Positions 8,630-18,432 are shown, numbered from the stretch's first letter. The stretch is DNA of 64,000 bases from Acidobacteriota bacterium (GCA_027314025.1 DAHVCP010000026.1:129237-193236), one strand, 5' to 3'. The notes: generated from the sequence alone by a model not told the origin. Program-made: numbers and translations.

Positions 8630-9576
8630 ACGGGCTCGTGAGGTTCGAGGCGCGCGGCGCCCGGCGGCGGTTCCAGTGTGCGCCGCGATTGTTCTCCGCG
8701 CCGCAGCCAAAGCAAGAGCGGCCACAGCAGAACTAAGGCGATCAGGAAGAAGACAAAGCCGCCCTCCCGGTGCAACCGGCCGTAGAGAAAGCCGCGATTC
8801 ACATGCAAAGCCAGCAGGCAGAGGGTGCAGATGCGGATCGCGTTCTTCACCGCCGAAAAGGGAATCGCGACCAGCACCAGTACGGCGCGGCGCCAAGGCG
8901 AGCGCAAATAGAAATATCCAGCCAACAGGGCGGTGATGGCCAGGGCTTGGCTGGAGCGGATGCTGCTGCATTCCTTGGCGACGTGGATCGTAATGGTGGG
9001 AATAAAGAGGTCAAACCCTTGCCGGAAGACCGGCACGCCCAAGACGCCGAAGAACCAGGCGCACATGTGCGTCGAGCCCGCTTGTAGCCAAAAGATGGAA
9101 CGGTCGAGCAGAAATGGCGGAAACGGGATGATGAGCAGAAGAAACAGCCAGGCAAACAGCCCGGCCTGGAAGACCCGGCGGCCGTATATGGCGCAGACCC
9201 CGGCAAAAAGAAACAGCACCAGGCTGAGGGCGAGCAGGCTCAGGTGATCGGCATACGGCACCCGCCCCGCCCATCCCAGGGCCCAGCCCAGGCTCAGGGC
9301 GCCAACGGCGGCGAAACTCGCCGCCGCCAGCCGGTCGCGGCCAGGGTGCGCGAAGATGGATCGCCGCTCGGTCCACAGCAGGTAAATGGAGACGAACGGA
9401 ATCAGGGGAATGTAGGAACAAAAATCGTTGCCCAGGGCGAAGGCCAGCAGTTCGCGCAGGGGCTGCGCGAATAGGGCCAGCAGCGCCGCGAAATAAATTA
9501 TCAGGGCGCGGCGCCGCCGCGGGTCTGCGGCGGTGCTGGCGCGGGAGGCGGAAGGGGTTTCAGTGGCGGGGTTCAC
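8626..9576 (-). CDS. Exosortase (EpsH/Xrt family transpeptidase); subtype not assigned
   Basis: A polytopic membrane protein with the exosortase active-site region VAKECSSIRS and a downstream NAIRI...LHV. GTG at 9576 was chosen as the start; the ORF-track N-terminus is Arg/Pro-rich junk overlapping the upstream gene. Confidence 0.75.
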   Translation of the reverse strand: MNPATETPSASRASTAADPRRRRALIIYFAALLALFAQPLRELLAFALGNDFCSYIPLIPFVSIYLLWTERRSIFAHPGRDRLAAASFAAVGALSLGWALGWAGRVPYADHLSLLALSLVLFLFAGVCAIYGRRVFQAGLFAWLFLLLIIPFPPFLLDRSIFWLQAGSTHMCAWFFGVLGVPVFRQGFDLFIPTITIHVAKECSSIRSSQALAITALLAGYFYLRSPWRRAVLVLVAIPFSAVKNAIRICTLCLLALHVNRGFLYGRLHREGGFVFFLIALVLLWPLLLWLRRGEQSRRTLEPPPGAARLEPHEPV

Positions 9577-9619
9577 GGCGAGGGGCGGTCTCAATGCTGG
9601 GGCGGTGGTACTCGCGCAG

Positions 9620-10663
9620 CTAGCGCGGAGACGAAGCGCCGGAGCGGGCGTCCACCATCGGGGCGGATGCCAGAGCCGGGGTGGTCGCCATCGGCCGCGC
9701 CGCCAGATAGTCGAGCCAGTTCTGGTACAACCGTACCGCATCCACCGCCCAGTTGCATTCGAGCTGCGCGGCGATGGGGCCGTCCGGGAACTCGGCGAGC
9801 AGCGCGGGATCGGGGCGCGCCAGCGCCTGCCGCTCGAATGCCGCCAAGGACCGCGTGGATTCGGGATCAAAGTAGTTGTGCGGCAGCGACGGGTAGTCCG
9901 GGCGCTCGCCGCGCAGAAAGCGCCGCACGTCGCGCCGGTATTCCTTGAGCAGCGTGGCGGCGTGATATTCCGGATGGCCCTGGAGGTGGACGAACAAACT
10001 GCGGCCGCGCGGCTTGACGAACAGGCCCGTGCCGGCCCCCGGCGCGTGGGTCAGGACGGTGTAGCCATGGAGCGCGAGATCGGCTTGCCGCAGATCATTC
10101 CAGCGCGAGTGGGGAAAGTAGACGGTGGGACGGGCCCCGCGCGTCAGCGGGTGCGTCTGCGCCACCTGCTCGGCAAACACGCCGATGCGCTTCCGGGCCA
10201 GCGGCTGGCGCGGGATCCCGCTTTCCTGCAAGACGGCGGCATGGGCCGCCAGGCAGGACAAAACCGCCGAGTGCGTGTGGCTCTCGGCCCAGCGCAGCAG
10301 CTCCACGAGTTCCGGCCAATACGCCTCGGCCCGCAGATCTGGCTGCAAGGGCTCGGCGCCCGTGATGATCACGCCGTCATAGCTGCGGTTGAGCAGCTCG
10401 GCAAGGCTGAAATACGCGTGGTCCAGCCGGGCTCGCGCCTCCGGCCCGCGCGGCACCGCCGGCAGATAGTGAAACGCCAGCTGCACCGGCCGCTCCCCGG
10501 CCGCCGCCGTGAGCAGTGCGGTGAACTGCTCCTCGGTGTCGGCCAACGCGGCGTCCGGCATGTTATTGACCAGCGCAATGCGGAGGCCGGCGCGGGCCGG
10601 GCCAGTGGCCCGCCCACGCGGGGTGGGGCGCGACGATGGCGGATGCTCAATGGCGACGGGCAT
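9620..10663 (-). CDS. metA: Homoserine O-acyl(succinyl/acetyl)transferase, MetA family
   Basis: Motifs are LRIALVNNMPD, a catalytic-Cys region (SAVLSCLAAHAA) and LQGHPEY. The start was reset to MPVAIEH at 10663. Confidence 0.75.
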   Translation of the reverse strand: MPVAIEHPPSSRPTPRGRATGPARAGLRIALVNNMPDAALADTEEQFTALLTAAAGERPVQLAFHYLPAVPRGPEARARLDHAYFSLAELLNRSYDGVIITGAEPLQPDLRAEAYWPELVELLRWAESHTHSAVLSCLAAHAAVLQESGIPRQPLARKRIGVFAEQVAQTHPLTRGARPTVYFPHSRWNDLRQADLALHGYTVLTHAPGAGTGLFVKPRGRSLFVHLQGHPEYHAATLLKEYRRDVRRFLRGERPDYPSLPHNYFDPESTRSLAAFERQALARPDPALLAEFPDGPIAAQLECNWAVDAVRLYQNWLDYLAARPMATTPALASAPMVDARSGASSPR

Positions 10664-10767
10664 GGCAGACTCGCTGGCCCCCTGCGAGATGGGCGTATGG
10701 GTGGGGTCGTCAGCGCGGATCGGGAGACCCGCCGCATGCCGGGAGACCGGCGCCCGGCCCGCAATCG

Positions 10768-11757
10768 TTAGTAAGCGCCGGAGACGATGTTGTGCAGCGG
10801 AGCGGATTGCAGATAACGCCGGATCTGGGCGGCGGCAAAGCGCATGGCGCGGACCATGAACTCCGGGCTGGATGCGGCGACATGCGGCGTAATCAGCACG
10901 TTCGGCGCCCGCCACAGCGGATGATCCGCGGGAAGCGGTTCCGGATCCGTCACGTCCAGGGCGGCACGGATCCGGCCCTGGCGCAGCTCGGCGACCAGCG
11001 CTTCGGTGTCAACCACGGCGCCGCGTGCGGCGTTCACTAACAGCGCCCCGCTCCGCATCCGGGCCAGCTCCGGCGCGCCAAGTAGGTGTCTGGACTCCGG
11101 GGTGAGGGGCACGGTCAGGATGACCACATCCGCCAGCGGCAGTAATCGGCGCAGCTGCGTGGCGGGCCAAATGCCCGGGCGAGCGCGGCGCGCAACCCTT
11201 AGGATCCGGGTGCGAAATGGCGCCAGGAGGCGCTCAATCTCGGCGCCAATCGCCCCGTATCCCACGATCAGAACGGATTTTCCGCGCAACTCCTCAAGCC
11301 GCACGGGCGGATAGCAGGGCGGTGCGTCGGGAAGTAAAGTCCGAAACCGAGTATCCGATTCTCCCCGGCGTTTCCAGGCGGCGTCCCGCTGGATATCTCC
11401 ATAGAGCGGAAGATATTTCAGCGACGCCAGAATCGCGGTCAAAACCCATTCGGCTGTCGCCACGGTATGAACGCCCCGCGCGTCGCAGACGACAATCCCC
11501 GGGGGAGCCAGCGGCAGCAGCCAGTCCACGCCCGCGAGTACGGATTGAATGACCCGCAGGCCGCGCAGGCGCGGCAGGGTTATTTTGACGTCCTCGGCAT
11601 AGGGCGGGGCAATCCAAAACTCGACGCGGACTGCCGTCTGCGGCGGGCATCGCAGCCGCCGTAGCTGGATGCCTGACGGGAGGGCGCTCAGCAGCGCGGG
11701 CGTGACTGCCGCGGAAACCCCAACCGCGAGTTTGCTGCGCGATGGCACCTTCCCCAA
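10768..11757 (-). CDS. D-isomer-specific 2-hydroxyacid dehydrogenase
   Basis: An NAD-binding motif (VGYGAIGAEI) plus LLVNAARG, DVTDPEP and ITPHVAA signatures. Confidence 0.8.
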   Translation of the reverse strand: MGKVPSRSKLAVGVSAAVTPALLSALPSGIQLRRLRCPPQTAVRVEFWIAPPYAEDVKITLPRLRGLRVIQSVLAGVDWLLPLAPPGIVVCDARGVHTVATAEWVLTAILASLKYLPLYGDIQRDAAWKRRGESDTRFRTLLPDAPPCYPPVRLEELRGKSVLIVGYGAIGAEIERLLAPFRTRILRVARRARPGIWPATQLRRLLPLADVVILTVPLTPESRHLLGAPELARMRSGALLVNAARGAVVDTEALVAELRQGRIRAALDVTDPEPLPADHPLWRAPNVLITPHVAASSPEFMVRAMRFAAAQIRRYLQSAPLHNIVSGAY

Positions 11758-11762
11758 GCCGC

Positions 11763-13280
11763 CTAGCCTGCATGCGCCGCGGAAAGCAGCGCGCGCAGCG
11801 CCTCCTTGCGAATCTTGCCGGTCGGCGTCAACGGCAGGGCTTCGATCTCGATCATCCGCGTGGGCTGCTTGTAGTGGGCCAGGCGCGGCCGTAACCAGGC
11901 GGCGATTTCGGGCAGCGGTAAGGGGCTTTCAACGGGCTGGAGAAAGGCTAGAATTTCTTCCCCCCCCGCCGCGCCCGCCGTGGGTTCGGCCAGAACCGCG
12001 GCGCGCTGAATGGCAGGATGCTGCTCCAGCACGGCCTCAATTTCCGCCGGATAGACATTGAAGCCGAATCGGAGGATCAGTTCCTTGGTTCGGCCCAGCA
12101 AATACAGCAAGCCGTCTTGCCGGCTGCCCAGATCCCCGGTGTGAAACCAGCCGGCTTGGTCCACCACGGCGGCGGTTTCCGCCGGTGAGCGGTAATACCC
12201 CAGCATGAGGTTGGGACCGCGGACCCAGATCTCGCCGGCTTCCCCCTCCGGCAGCGCCCGTCCGGCCGAATCCGTGATCTGGACCTCGACGCCAGGGTAG
12301 GGCCGGCCAACCGAGGTGTCTTGGCGAGGCGTGTCCAGCCGCGTCGCGGAGATGCCCGGTGAGCATTCCGTGATGCCGTAGCCGTTATGGAGCACACGTT
12401 CGAGCAAGGCCTCGGTTTGCCGCTTGGTTTCGATCGGGAGCGGGGCCGAGCAGGAGGACAGCAAGCGCAGCCGCGGCGCTTCCACCCGTTCCAGACCGCG
12501 GTATCGCGCATATTCCACCAGTTGGGCGAACATCGCGGGCGCGCCGATCCAGACCGTAATGGCGCGTTGGCGCAGCCACTCGAGGGTGGTCACTGGCTCC
12601 GTGCGCGGGGGGATGTCCACGCAGGCTCCGGCTGCAAGCCCCGCCAGCAGCACCAGCGACAGACCGCTCGAATGGGTCAGGGGCAGGCCGCCCAGCAGAC
12701 GATCCTCGGATTGAAAGCTCCGGATTTCGGCTGCCGCGCGCGCCGCGAAGATCAATCCGCCGTGCGAGAGCATGACGCCGCGCGGCGTTCCCGTGGTTCC
12801 CGACGTATAGAGGACCGCGCCCACGCGACTGCTGGGGTCCGCGGCCACCGGTTCGGGCGCGGCCGCCGGATCAAGCGGGCTGGCTGCGACCTCGCCCAGG
12901 GTTGCGACCGGATCATAGCGCGCATGGAAATGCTGGGCGTGCATCTCCGCGCGGCGGGAACGGGTGAAGACCATGCGCCGCGGACGGGCGTGCTGGGCGA
13001 CGGCTTCGATTTCCGCCGTGGCCAGCCGGGCGTTGACCAATACCGGCCAGGCGTCGAGCCGCGCGGCGGAGAAGAGCAGGGCCACGTAGGCGCGGCAATT
13101 GTCACTGACCAGCAGCACCCGGTCGCCGGGCCGCACGCCCAACTCCGCCAGCCATGCCGCCGCGGCGTTCACGGCGGCGTGCAACTCGCCGTAACTCCAT
13201 GCGCCGGCCGCGTCCGCTAGGGCGGGGGAGTCCGGGGCCGAATGCACCCAGGGATCAATGAGATCAGAGATGCGGTTCAT
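11763..13280 (-). CDS. Adenylate-forming (AMP-dependent) acyl/aminoacyl ligase
   Basis: Motifs are YTSGTTGTPRGV, GYGITE, HTGDLG and PTGKIRK. Its ATG overlaps the stop of the upstream MetY-like gene (ATGA at 13277-13280). Confidence 0.85.
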   Translation of the reverse strand: MNRISDLIDPWVHSAPDSPALADAAGAWSYGELHAAVNAAAAWLAELGVRPGDRVLLVSDNCRAYVALLFSAARLDAWPVLVNARLATAEIEAVAQHARPRRMVFTRSRRAEMHAQHFHARYDPVATLGEVAASPLDPAAAPEPVAADPSSRVGAVLYTSGTTGTPRGVMLSHGGLIFAARAAAEIRSFQSEDRLLGGLPLTHSSGLSLVLLAGLAAGACVDIPPRTEPVTTLEWLRQRAITVWIGAPAMFAQLVEYARYRGLERVEAPRLRLLSSCSAPLPIETKRQTEALLERVLHNGYGITECSPGISATRLDTPRQDTSVGRPYPGVEVQITDSAGRALPEGEAGEIWVRGPNLMLGYYRSPAETAAVVDQAGWFHTGDLGSRQDGLLYLLGRTKELILRFGFNVYPAEIEAVLEQHPAIQRAAVLAEPTAGAAGGEEILAFLQPVESPLPLPEIAAWLRPRLAHYKQPTRMIEIEALPLTPTGKIRKEALRALLSAAHAG

Positions 13281-14605
13281 GCCGGTGGGTTCGCCGCGGC
13301 GAGGGCCTGCTCCAAGTCCGCCCGGAGATCGTCAATATGCTCGATGCCCACGCTCAAGCGCAGCATCTCCGGCGTGACGCCCGCCTGGGCTTGCTCCGCG
13401 GGGGTCATTTGCCGATGCGTGGTCGAGGCGGGATGGCAGGCCAGCGACTTGGCGTCGCCGAGGTTGACCATTTGCCGGAACAGGCGCAGGGCATTGACGC
13501 ATTTCTTGCCGGTCGCAAAGCCGCCCTTCACGCCGAAGGTCAGCAAGGAGCAGTCGCGGTCGCCAAGGTAGCGCCGCGCCAAGGCGTAGCTTGGGTGTTC
13601 GCGGAACCCCGTGTAGCTGACCCAGGCGACTTGGGGATGGCTCGCCAGGAACTCCGCTACCTGCCGGGCGTTGGCGACATGGCGCTCCATGCGCAGGGCC
13701 AGGGTTTCGATGCCCTGTAGGATCAAGAACGCGTTGAACGGCGCCAGCACCGCGCCGCCGTTGCCCAGGCCGACGGTACGGCAGCGGGCGGCGAAGGCCG
13801 CCTCGCCAAAGTGGTCGGTGTAGACCACGCCGTGATAGGCCGGATCCGGCCGACTGAACTGGGGAAACCGATCCGCGTGCGCCCGCCAGTCAAAGCGCCC
13901 GCCGTCCACGATCAAGCCGCCGAGCGTGGTGCCATGGCCGCAGAGAAACTTGGTTGCCGCATGCAGGACGATATCGGCGCCATGCTCGATCGGCCGCAGC
14001 AAAATGGGCGTGGCCACGGTGTTGTCCACGATCAGCGGTACCCCATGGCGGTGGGCAACCGCGGCCAAGGCGGCAAGATCGGCGACGTTGCCGGCTGGAT
14101 TGCCGACGCTTTCGCAGAACACGGCGCGGGTACGGGCGTCCATCCGCCGCTCGACCTCCGCGGCGGCATCGCTTGCGGCGAAGCGCGCCTCGATGCCCTG
14201 TTGGGAGAAGACGTGCGCGAACAGCGTATAGGTGCGGCCGTAGAGCTGCGGCAAGGAGACGAAGTTGTCTCCCGCCGCGACCAGATTGGCGAGGGCGTAT
14301 TGCACGGCGGTCATGCCTGAGCTGACCGCCACCGCGGCGACGCCGCCCTCGAGCGCCGCGACGCGCTCCTCCAGCACCGCATTCGTGGGATTGCCCAGCC
14401 GGCTGTAGATGTGGCCCTCGACCTCCAGGTTGAACAGTGCGGCCCCGTGCTCGGCGCTGTCAAAGCCGTAGGCGACGGTTTGGTAGATGGGTACGGCGAC
14501 GGCATGGGTCGCCGGATCGCCGCCAAACCCGGCGTGCAGGGCGATGGTCTCGGGGTGGAGCTCGCCTGGTTTCCGCCCGGGCGCGTTGTCAGGATTTAGG
14601 GCCAA
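13277..14605 (-). CDS. metY: PLP-dependent O-acetylhomoserine (thiol)-lyase / gamma-replacement enzyme (MetY / Cys-Met-metabolism family)
   Basis: Motifs are ETIALHAG, AVPIYQTVAYGF, SSGMTA, VDNTVATP and ATKFLCGHG (PLP lysine). The start is uncertain: TTG 14605 was chosen, and GTG 14638 is an alternative. The ORF-track N-terminus overlaps the upstream gene and is junk. Confidence 0.75.
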   Translation of the reverse strand: MALNPDNAPGRKPGELHPETIALHAGFGGDPATHAVAVPIYQTVAYGFDSAEHGAALFNLEVEGHIYSRLGNPTNAVLEERVAALEGGVAAVAVSSGMTAVQYALANLVAAGDNFVSLPQLYGRTYTLFAHVFSQQGIEARFAASDAAAEVERRMDARTRAVFCESVGNPAGNVADLAALAAVAHRHGVPLIVDNTVATPILLRPIEHGADIVLHAATKFLCGHGTTLGGLIVDGGRFDWRAHADRFPQFSRPDPAYHGVVYTDHFGEAAFAARCRTVGLGNGGAVLAPFNAFLILQGIETLALRMERHVANARQVAEFLASHPQVAWVSYTGFREHPSYALARRYLGDRDCSLLTFGVKGGFATGKKCVNALRLFRQMVNLGDAKSLACHPASTTHRQMTPAEQAQAGVTPEMLRLSVGIEHIDDLRADLEQALAAANPPA

Positions 14606-14612
14606 GGGATTG

Positions 14613-15734
14613 TTACCGTGCGGCAATTTGGACGTCACGAGGCCGGATCTGGCGCGCCCGTTCGAGTTCCAGCCGCAGGGCGGCGGCGGTTTCGGCGACG
14701 TACGGCTCCACCAACATCGTGGCGGGATAGAGCGGCAGAATGCAGGATTCGGCGCCACCACCAGCCAACTGCTGCCAATCCGCGGCGGCCTGCCGCAGAC
14801 TGCGGTATTGCCATTTGGGCCGAAATTCGGTGATCCGTCCCGGATAGGGCAGGGCCCGGTACTCGGCGCAGGCGCGGTCGTTGGCTGCCCACACGGCAGG
14901 GAGCGGCGCGCGCGGGGCCTTCGATCCGGGAGCCCGCAGCCGGTCCCGCCACACCGGAACGCGGGCACGAAGGATCTTGACTTTTTCGCGCCACAGACGC
15001 CGCCGGTCCGAGGCATTGAGGCGGGCGAAGGCCTGCGCGTGAAAGCTCAACCGCTCCAGCTGCTTGCGGAGACGGCTCCAGGCCGTCGCTGGCGGGAGCG
15101 CGTTCCAGTTTCTGGTGTCGAGCAATCCGAGGAAAGCCACGGACTCGCCCGCGCGGGCGAGTTGCTGGGCCACTTCGTAGGCGATGGTGCCGCCGCCGCA
15201 GTAGCCAGCCAGATAATACGGCCCTGTGGGCGCGACGGAGCGTATCGCCGGGAGATATGCAGCCGCCATCGCCTCCACGCTTTGAGCCGGCTCGACTTCG
15301 CCGTCGAGGCCCGAGGCGCGGACGCCGTACACCGGCTGGTCGGGGCCCAGTCGCTGCGCGAGATGGCGGTAGCCGAAGACGTCGCCGCTCGCGTCGTGCA
15401 GCAGGAACAGGGGCGGCCAGGCGCCCGCCGCTTGTAGCGGAACGATGCGCGGAGGTAGGGCGGGGGCGCGATCCGCTAGCAGCGCGGCAAGCGAACTGAC
15501 CGTTGGCGCCTCGAACAGAACCACCAAAGGCAGCCTACGCCCGAACTCCCGTTCGATGCGGGAAAACAAGGCCACCGCTAGCGAGGAATCGCCGCCCAGG
15601 TCAAAGTAGTTGTCATCGGGGCCGACGCTGTCCAGGCCCAGCACCTCGCGCCAAATGGCGGCGAGCCGGGTCGCGGCGTCCCCAGGCGCGCCGGTGGGCG
15701 TGGCCGGCGTCGAGCGCTCGAGGTTTGCGGGCAT
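14613..15734 (-). CDS. Carrier protein (PCP/ACP) fused to an alpha/beta-hydrolase thioesterase domain
   Basis: The phosphopantetheine motif is FDLGGDSSLA (Ser50). The TE-type domain has LFLLHDASGD and the nucleophile elbow LAGYCGGG, where Cys179 (TGC at 15198-15200) replaces the usual Ser. Confidence 0.75.
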   Translation of the reverse strand: MPANLERSTPATPTGAPGDAATRLAAIWREVLGLDSVGPDDNYFDLGGDSSLAVALFSRIEREFGRRLPLVVLFEAPTVSSLAALLADRAPALPPRIVPLQAAGAWPPLFLLHDASGDVFGYRHLAQRLGPDQPVYGVRASGLDGEVEPAQSVEAMAAAYLPAIRSVAPTGPYYLAGYCGGGTIAYEVAQQLARAGESVAFLGLLDTRNWNALPPATAWSRLRKQLERLSFHAQAFARLNASDRRRLWREKVKILRARVPVWRDRLRAPGSKAPRAPLPAVWAANDRACAEYRALPYPGRITEFRPKWQYRSLRQAAADWQQLAGGGAESCILPLYPATMLVEPYVAETAAALRLELERARQIRPRDVQIAAR

Positions 15735-15737
15735 ACG

Positions 15738-17225
15738 CTACGAATTTTGTCGGGCCGTTCCCGCCGGCTGGTGCGTGGCGCCCGCGGCGGGAACGACGTA
15801 ACGCAACTGGTCGTCGTGGATCTCCGCGTACGCGATTCGGGCGCGCTCGGCCCCATCGCCCGCGATGCGCCAAGCGGCGCCGTCGTGGTGCAAGGTCATG
15901 GCGCGCCGCTGGCGCCACCAATGGCTGATTTCTCGCGGCAGGGCGAACCAGCGCTCGCCCTGGCGATGTTCCGCAGCCAGCATCTCCCCAAGACGTTGGA
16001 AGATATCCCGCGCCCGTTGCTCGATGATGTAGTCGGGATGGATCGAGAAACACATCACGCCGTGGGCGGCGGCGGTGGCGGCTAGCTGCTGTTCCCAGAT
16101 TTGGGTGGAATAGTCGCCGAGCATGTGGAACAGGATGTAATCCTGCGCCGCCGTCCCCGGGATCTCGACCATGTCGCCCAGGAAGTATGGGCGAACCGCG
16201 CAGCATCCTCCCGCTTGGGGATGAAAATGCGCGCCGTTGGGCAGGGACATGTCGTAATCGAAGCGCAAGGCGCCGAACCAGTCCAAATTCCGGTAGAGCA
16301 CCGCGGAACGAAAGCCCTGGGCCCCCCATTGGCGGCCATAGGCGTTGATGCGCTCGGCGCGGCGCAAAAACTCGTCGCGGCTGCTGAACAGGCGGCCGTC
16401 GTGGTTCAGGTCATGAACATTGATTTCAAAGCCGCGGTCGCGGATGCTCGCCAGCCACACCTCCGGGACGTCATACCGATGCTCGGGAATGATCTGGAAC
16501 GAGGCTTTCATGCCGTAGCGTTCATCCAGATCCATGAGGGTTGGGGTGAAGTCGCGGCCGGCGGCGGTCTCCACGTCGTGGGTCATGGCGACCGCCGAGG
16601 AATGGCCATCGGGCCAAAACCAAATGAACGGAATCCGGTCCACGCCGCGGGCGCGCATGGCCAGCAGCAGCAGCGCTTCGAGCGTATGCTCGACCGTCGC
16701 ATCAATCGGCCAGGCTGGGAAACTCGGCGCCGCATTCCGCTTGCGGCCCACCACAGAGCGCTGCAGATGCTTGCGGATGCCGACGGGCATTAGTGGCCGG
16801 AGGGTGTAGTAGGCCTGGGCCGCGGCCCGCTTCCAGACGGGGCCGGAGCCGGCGGGCTGTCCGGCGCCAGGATAGCGTTCGAAGAGCAGATTGCTGATGG
16901 CCTCGGCGGGATCGAACGGCAGACGGCATTCGCCGTCGCCGATCGCCACTGCTTTAAGCGCGTCCACGCGTGCGTCCTCGGGCCGCGGCGCCGCGCCGCC
17001 CGAAGCCAAGCCACCAAACAAGGTAATGTCCGGCCCGAGCCGGAAAAACCCCGCCTCGCCGGCGTCACCGGCGGGCGGGCGCAGGACGCCCATGTCATCG
17101 GGACATCGGAAGTGTTCTTGCAAAAGCCCCTTCATCGTAAGTGCAGGCCCTTCTTTAGCGGCATTGATCGCCGCCGGCGGTAAGTCCAACTGAAGCGGTG
17201 TTCCGTTGCTGATCGGCTTTGGCAT
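15738..17225 (-). CDS. Large polysaccharide-deacetylase-like (CE4-related) protein with an N-terminal domain of unknown function
   Basis: The central region (AVAMTHDVE...ASFQIIPEH...INVHDLNHDG) resembles the deacetylase fold. The roughly 180-aa N-terminal part was not recognised. Confidence 0.45.
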   Translation of the reverse strand: MPKPISNGTPLQLDLPPAAINAAKEGPALTMKGLLQEHFRCPDDMGVLRPPAGDAGEAGFFRLGPDITLFGGLASGGAAPRPEDARVDALKAVAIGDGECRLPFDPAEAISNLLFERYPGAGQPAGSGPVWKRAAAQAYYTLRPLMPVGIRKHLQRSVVGRKRNAAPSFPAWPIDATVEHTLEALLLLAMRARGVDRIPFIWFWPDGHSSAVAMTHDVETAAGRDFTPTLMDLDERYGMKASFQIIPEHRYDVPEVWLASIRDRGFEINVHDLNHDGRLFSSRDEFLRRAERINAYGRQWGAQGFRSAVLYRNLDWFGALRFDYDMSLPNGAHFHPQAGGCCAVRPYFLGDMVEIPGTAAQDYILFHMLGDYSTQIWEQQLAATAAAHGVMCFSIHPDYIIEQRARDIFQRLGEMLAAEHRQGERWFALPREISHWWRQRRAMTLHHDGAAWRIAGDGAERARIAYAEIHDDQLRYVVPAAGATHQPAGTARQNS

Positions 17226-17243
17226 GCCGGCTGTGCGCCGGCG

Positions 17244-18401
17244 TTAGGCAATATGCCGGTACAATAGTTCGCCGGCGGCAATCAATAACGGCTGCGGCAA
17301 ATAGCTGGCTAACGCCAGTGCCGGTTTCCGCGCCAGCCGGCGCCAACGGGCGCGGTGCGGCGTGGCGAGGCCCGAACTCGGGAAGCGGAAATAGGTCAGC
17401 TGCTGCGGTTGGGCGTTCCAGTGCTGCTTAAACGCCAGCAACCCGGTGTTGTCCGTGGCCGAACGGCCCAGTTCCAGCGTGCGGGCGCCGCGCCGCCGGC
17501 CCTCTTCGATGGCCCGCCACATCAGCAGCGGCATGGCGCCCAGGGCATGCCAGGCCGCATCCGATGCCCCGTACTTGTAGGTCAGGCGCTCGCGGAATTG
17601 CAAGGTCACGATCGCCGCGATGGCCCTTCCCTGCTTGCGCGCGACATATACCGTCAGCGCGTCGCCACACGCCTCCGCCAAGTGGCGAAACCAGGCCCGC
17701 GGCTGGGGTGGCAGTCCGTGCCGCCGGCGGGTGAGCGCGTGGAGAGCAAAAAAGGCATCCAGCAACGCCGGCGACCGGCCCATCTCGACATCCAGCTGTT
17801 CCCGCTCCGCCCGGCGAATGCGGCGCTGCACGCAGTCCTTGTGGAAGCTGCGCAGCAGGGGCTCGCGTGCGCCGGCGATGGGCGCGATGTGCAGCGCATA
17901 CTCCGCCGAAGGGCTCCATTCCCTATCGCCCGCGTCGTCCCCTGGCGCGCGCAAAGGACGAATCTCGATGTAGCCACGCCGGTCGCGGCACGCGGCGGCG
18001 ATGAGCCGCTGCCAGCTGTTGCCTGCGTCGTTCGGGGCGCATGCCAGCAACGGCTGGCAATGGTCGGCGAAGGGAACGGAAACCATCCGCTCCCGCGTAA
18101 GCCAGGTGCGGACGCGGCAGAAGACCAGCCCATCGGACAACGGCTCGCCCGGACTGGCGGAGGTATAGGCGATGGGTTCATATCCATAGCAGGCGCGCAG
18201 CGCGCGCAACCACGCCGTGGTGTGGAAGACGCCGGCGTCGGGATGCCACGCCAGCAGTTGCTCCCAGCGCGGGTCGCTGAGAGGATCGATTTGCCGCGCC
18301 TCCCCGGCCGACGCCGCCCTGGCGACGGCGATGGGCGCCGCGCTGGGGGCTCCGGCGGCGGCGGGATTTCCGCTCAGGCTGGGGGTGGCCATCGCATCCA
18401 T
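17244..18401 (-). CDS. FemAB-like / GNAT-fold aminoacyl- or acyl-transferase (PEP-CTERM-locus type)
   Basis: The start was reset to MDAMATPS at 18401. The size is about 385 aa. The pattern FHTTAWLRAL...VSVPFADHC...YVARKQGRAIAAIVTLQF...YKYGASD...LLMWRAIEEGRRRG...LELGRS resembles the FemAB-related proteins found beside exosortases. The call is by resemblance only. Confidence 0.5.
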   Translation of the reverse strand: MDAMATPSLSGNPAAAGAPSAAPIAVARAASAGEARQIDPLSDPRWEQLLAWHPDAGVFHTTAWLRALRACYGYEPIAYTSASPGEPLSDGLVFCRVRTWLTRERMVSVPFADHCQPLLACAPNDAGNSWQRLIAAACRDRRGYIEIRPLRAPGDDAGDREWSPSAEYALHIAPIAGAREPLLRSFHKDCVQRRIRRAEREQLDVEMGRSPALLDAFFALHALTRRRHGLPPQPRAWFRHLAEACGDALTVYVARKQGRAIAAIVTLQFRERLTYKYGASDAAWHALGAMPLLMWRAIEEGRRRGARTLELGRSATDNTGLLAFKQHWNAQPQQLTYFRFPSSGLATPHRARWRRLARKPALALASYLPQPLLIAAGELLYRHIA

Positions 18402-18432
18402 CGCTGGTGACTGCTTGCAAACGTCCTCGCGC

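Noticed and set aside
6365-8971. N-terminal extensions of many track ORFs, for example PrsT at 868 aa. Others are exosortase at 414 aa, MetA at 431 aa, MetY at 579 aa, AlgD-like at 560 aa, Ugd at 707 aa, Wzy at 587 aa and FemAB-like at 490 aa.
   Set aside because: The extensions are Arg/Pro-rich, overlap the upstream gene, and precede obvious true N-termini (signal peptides, Rossmann motifs). Starts were moved to the internal ATG, GTG or TTG adjacent to the upstream stop.
9577-15016. SAM or other riboswitch / attenuator controlling the metA-like and metY-like genes
   Set aside because: Both genes sit mid-operon with gaps of 7-104 nt upstream. No leader is long enough for a riboswitch, and no conserved riboswitch core sequences were seen.
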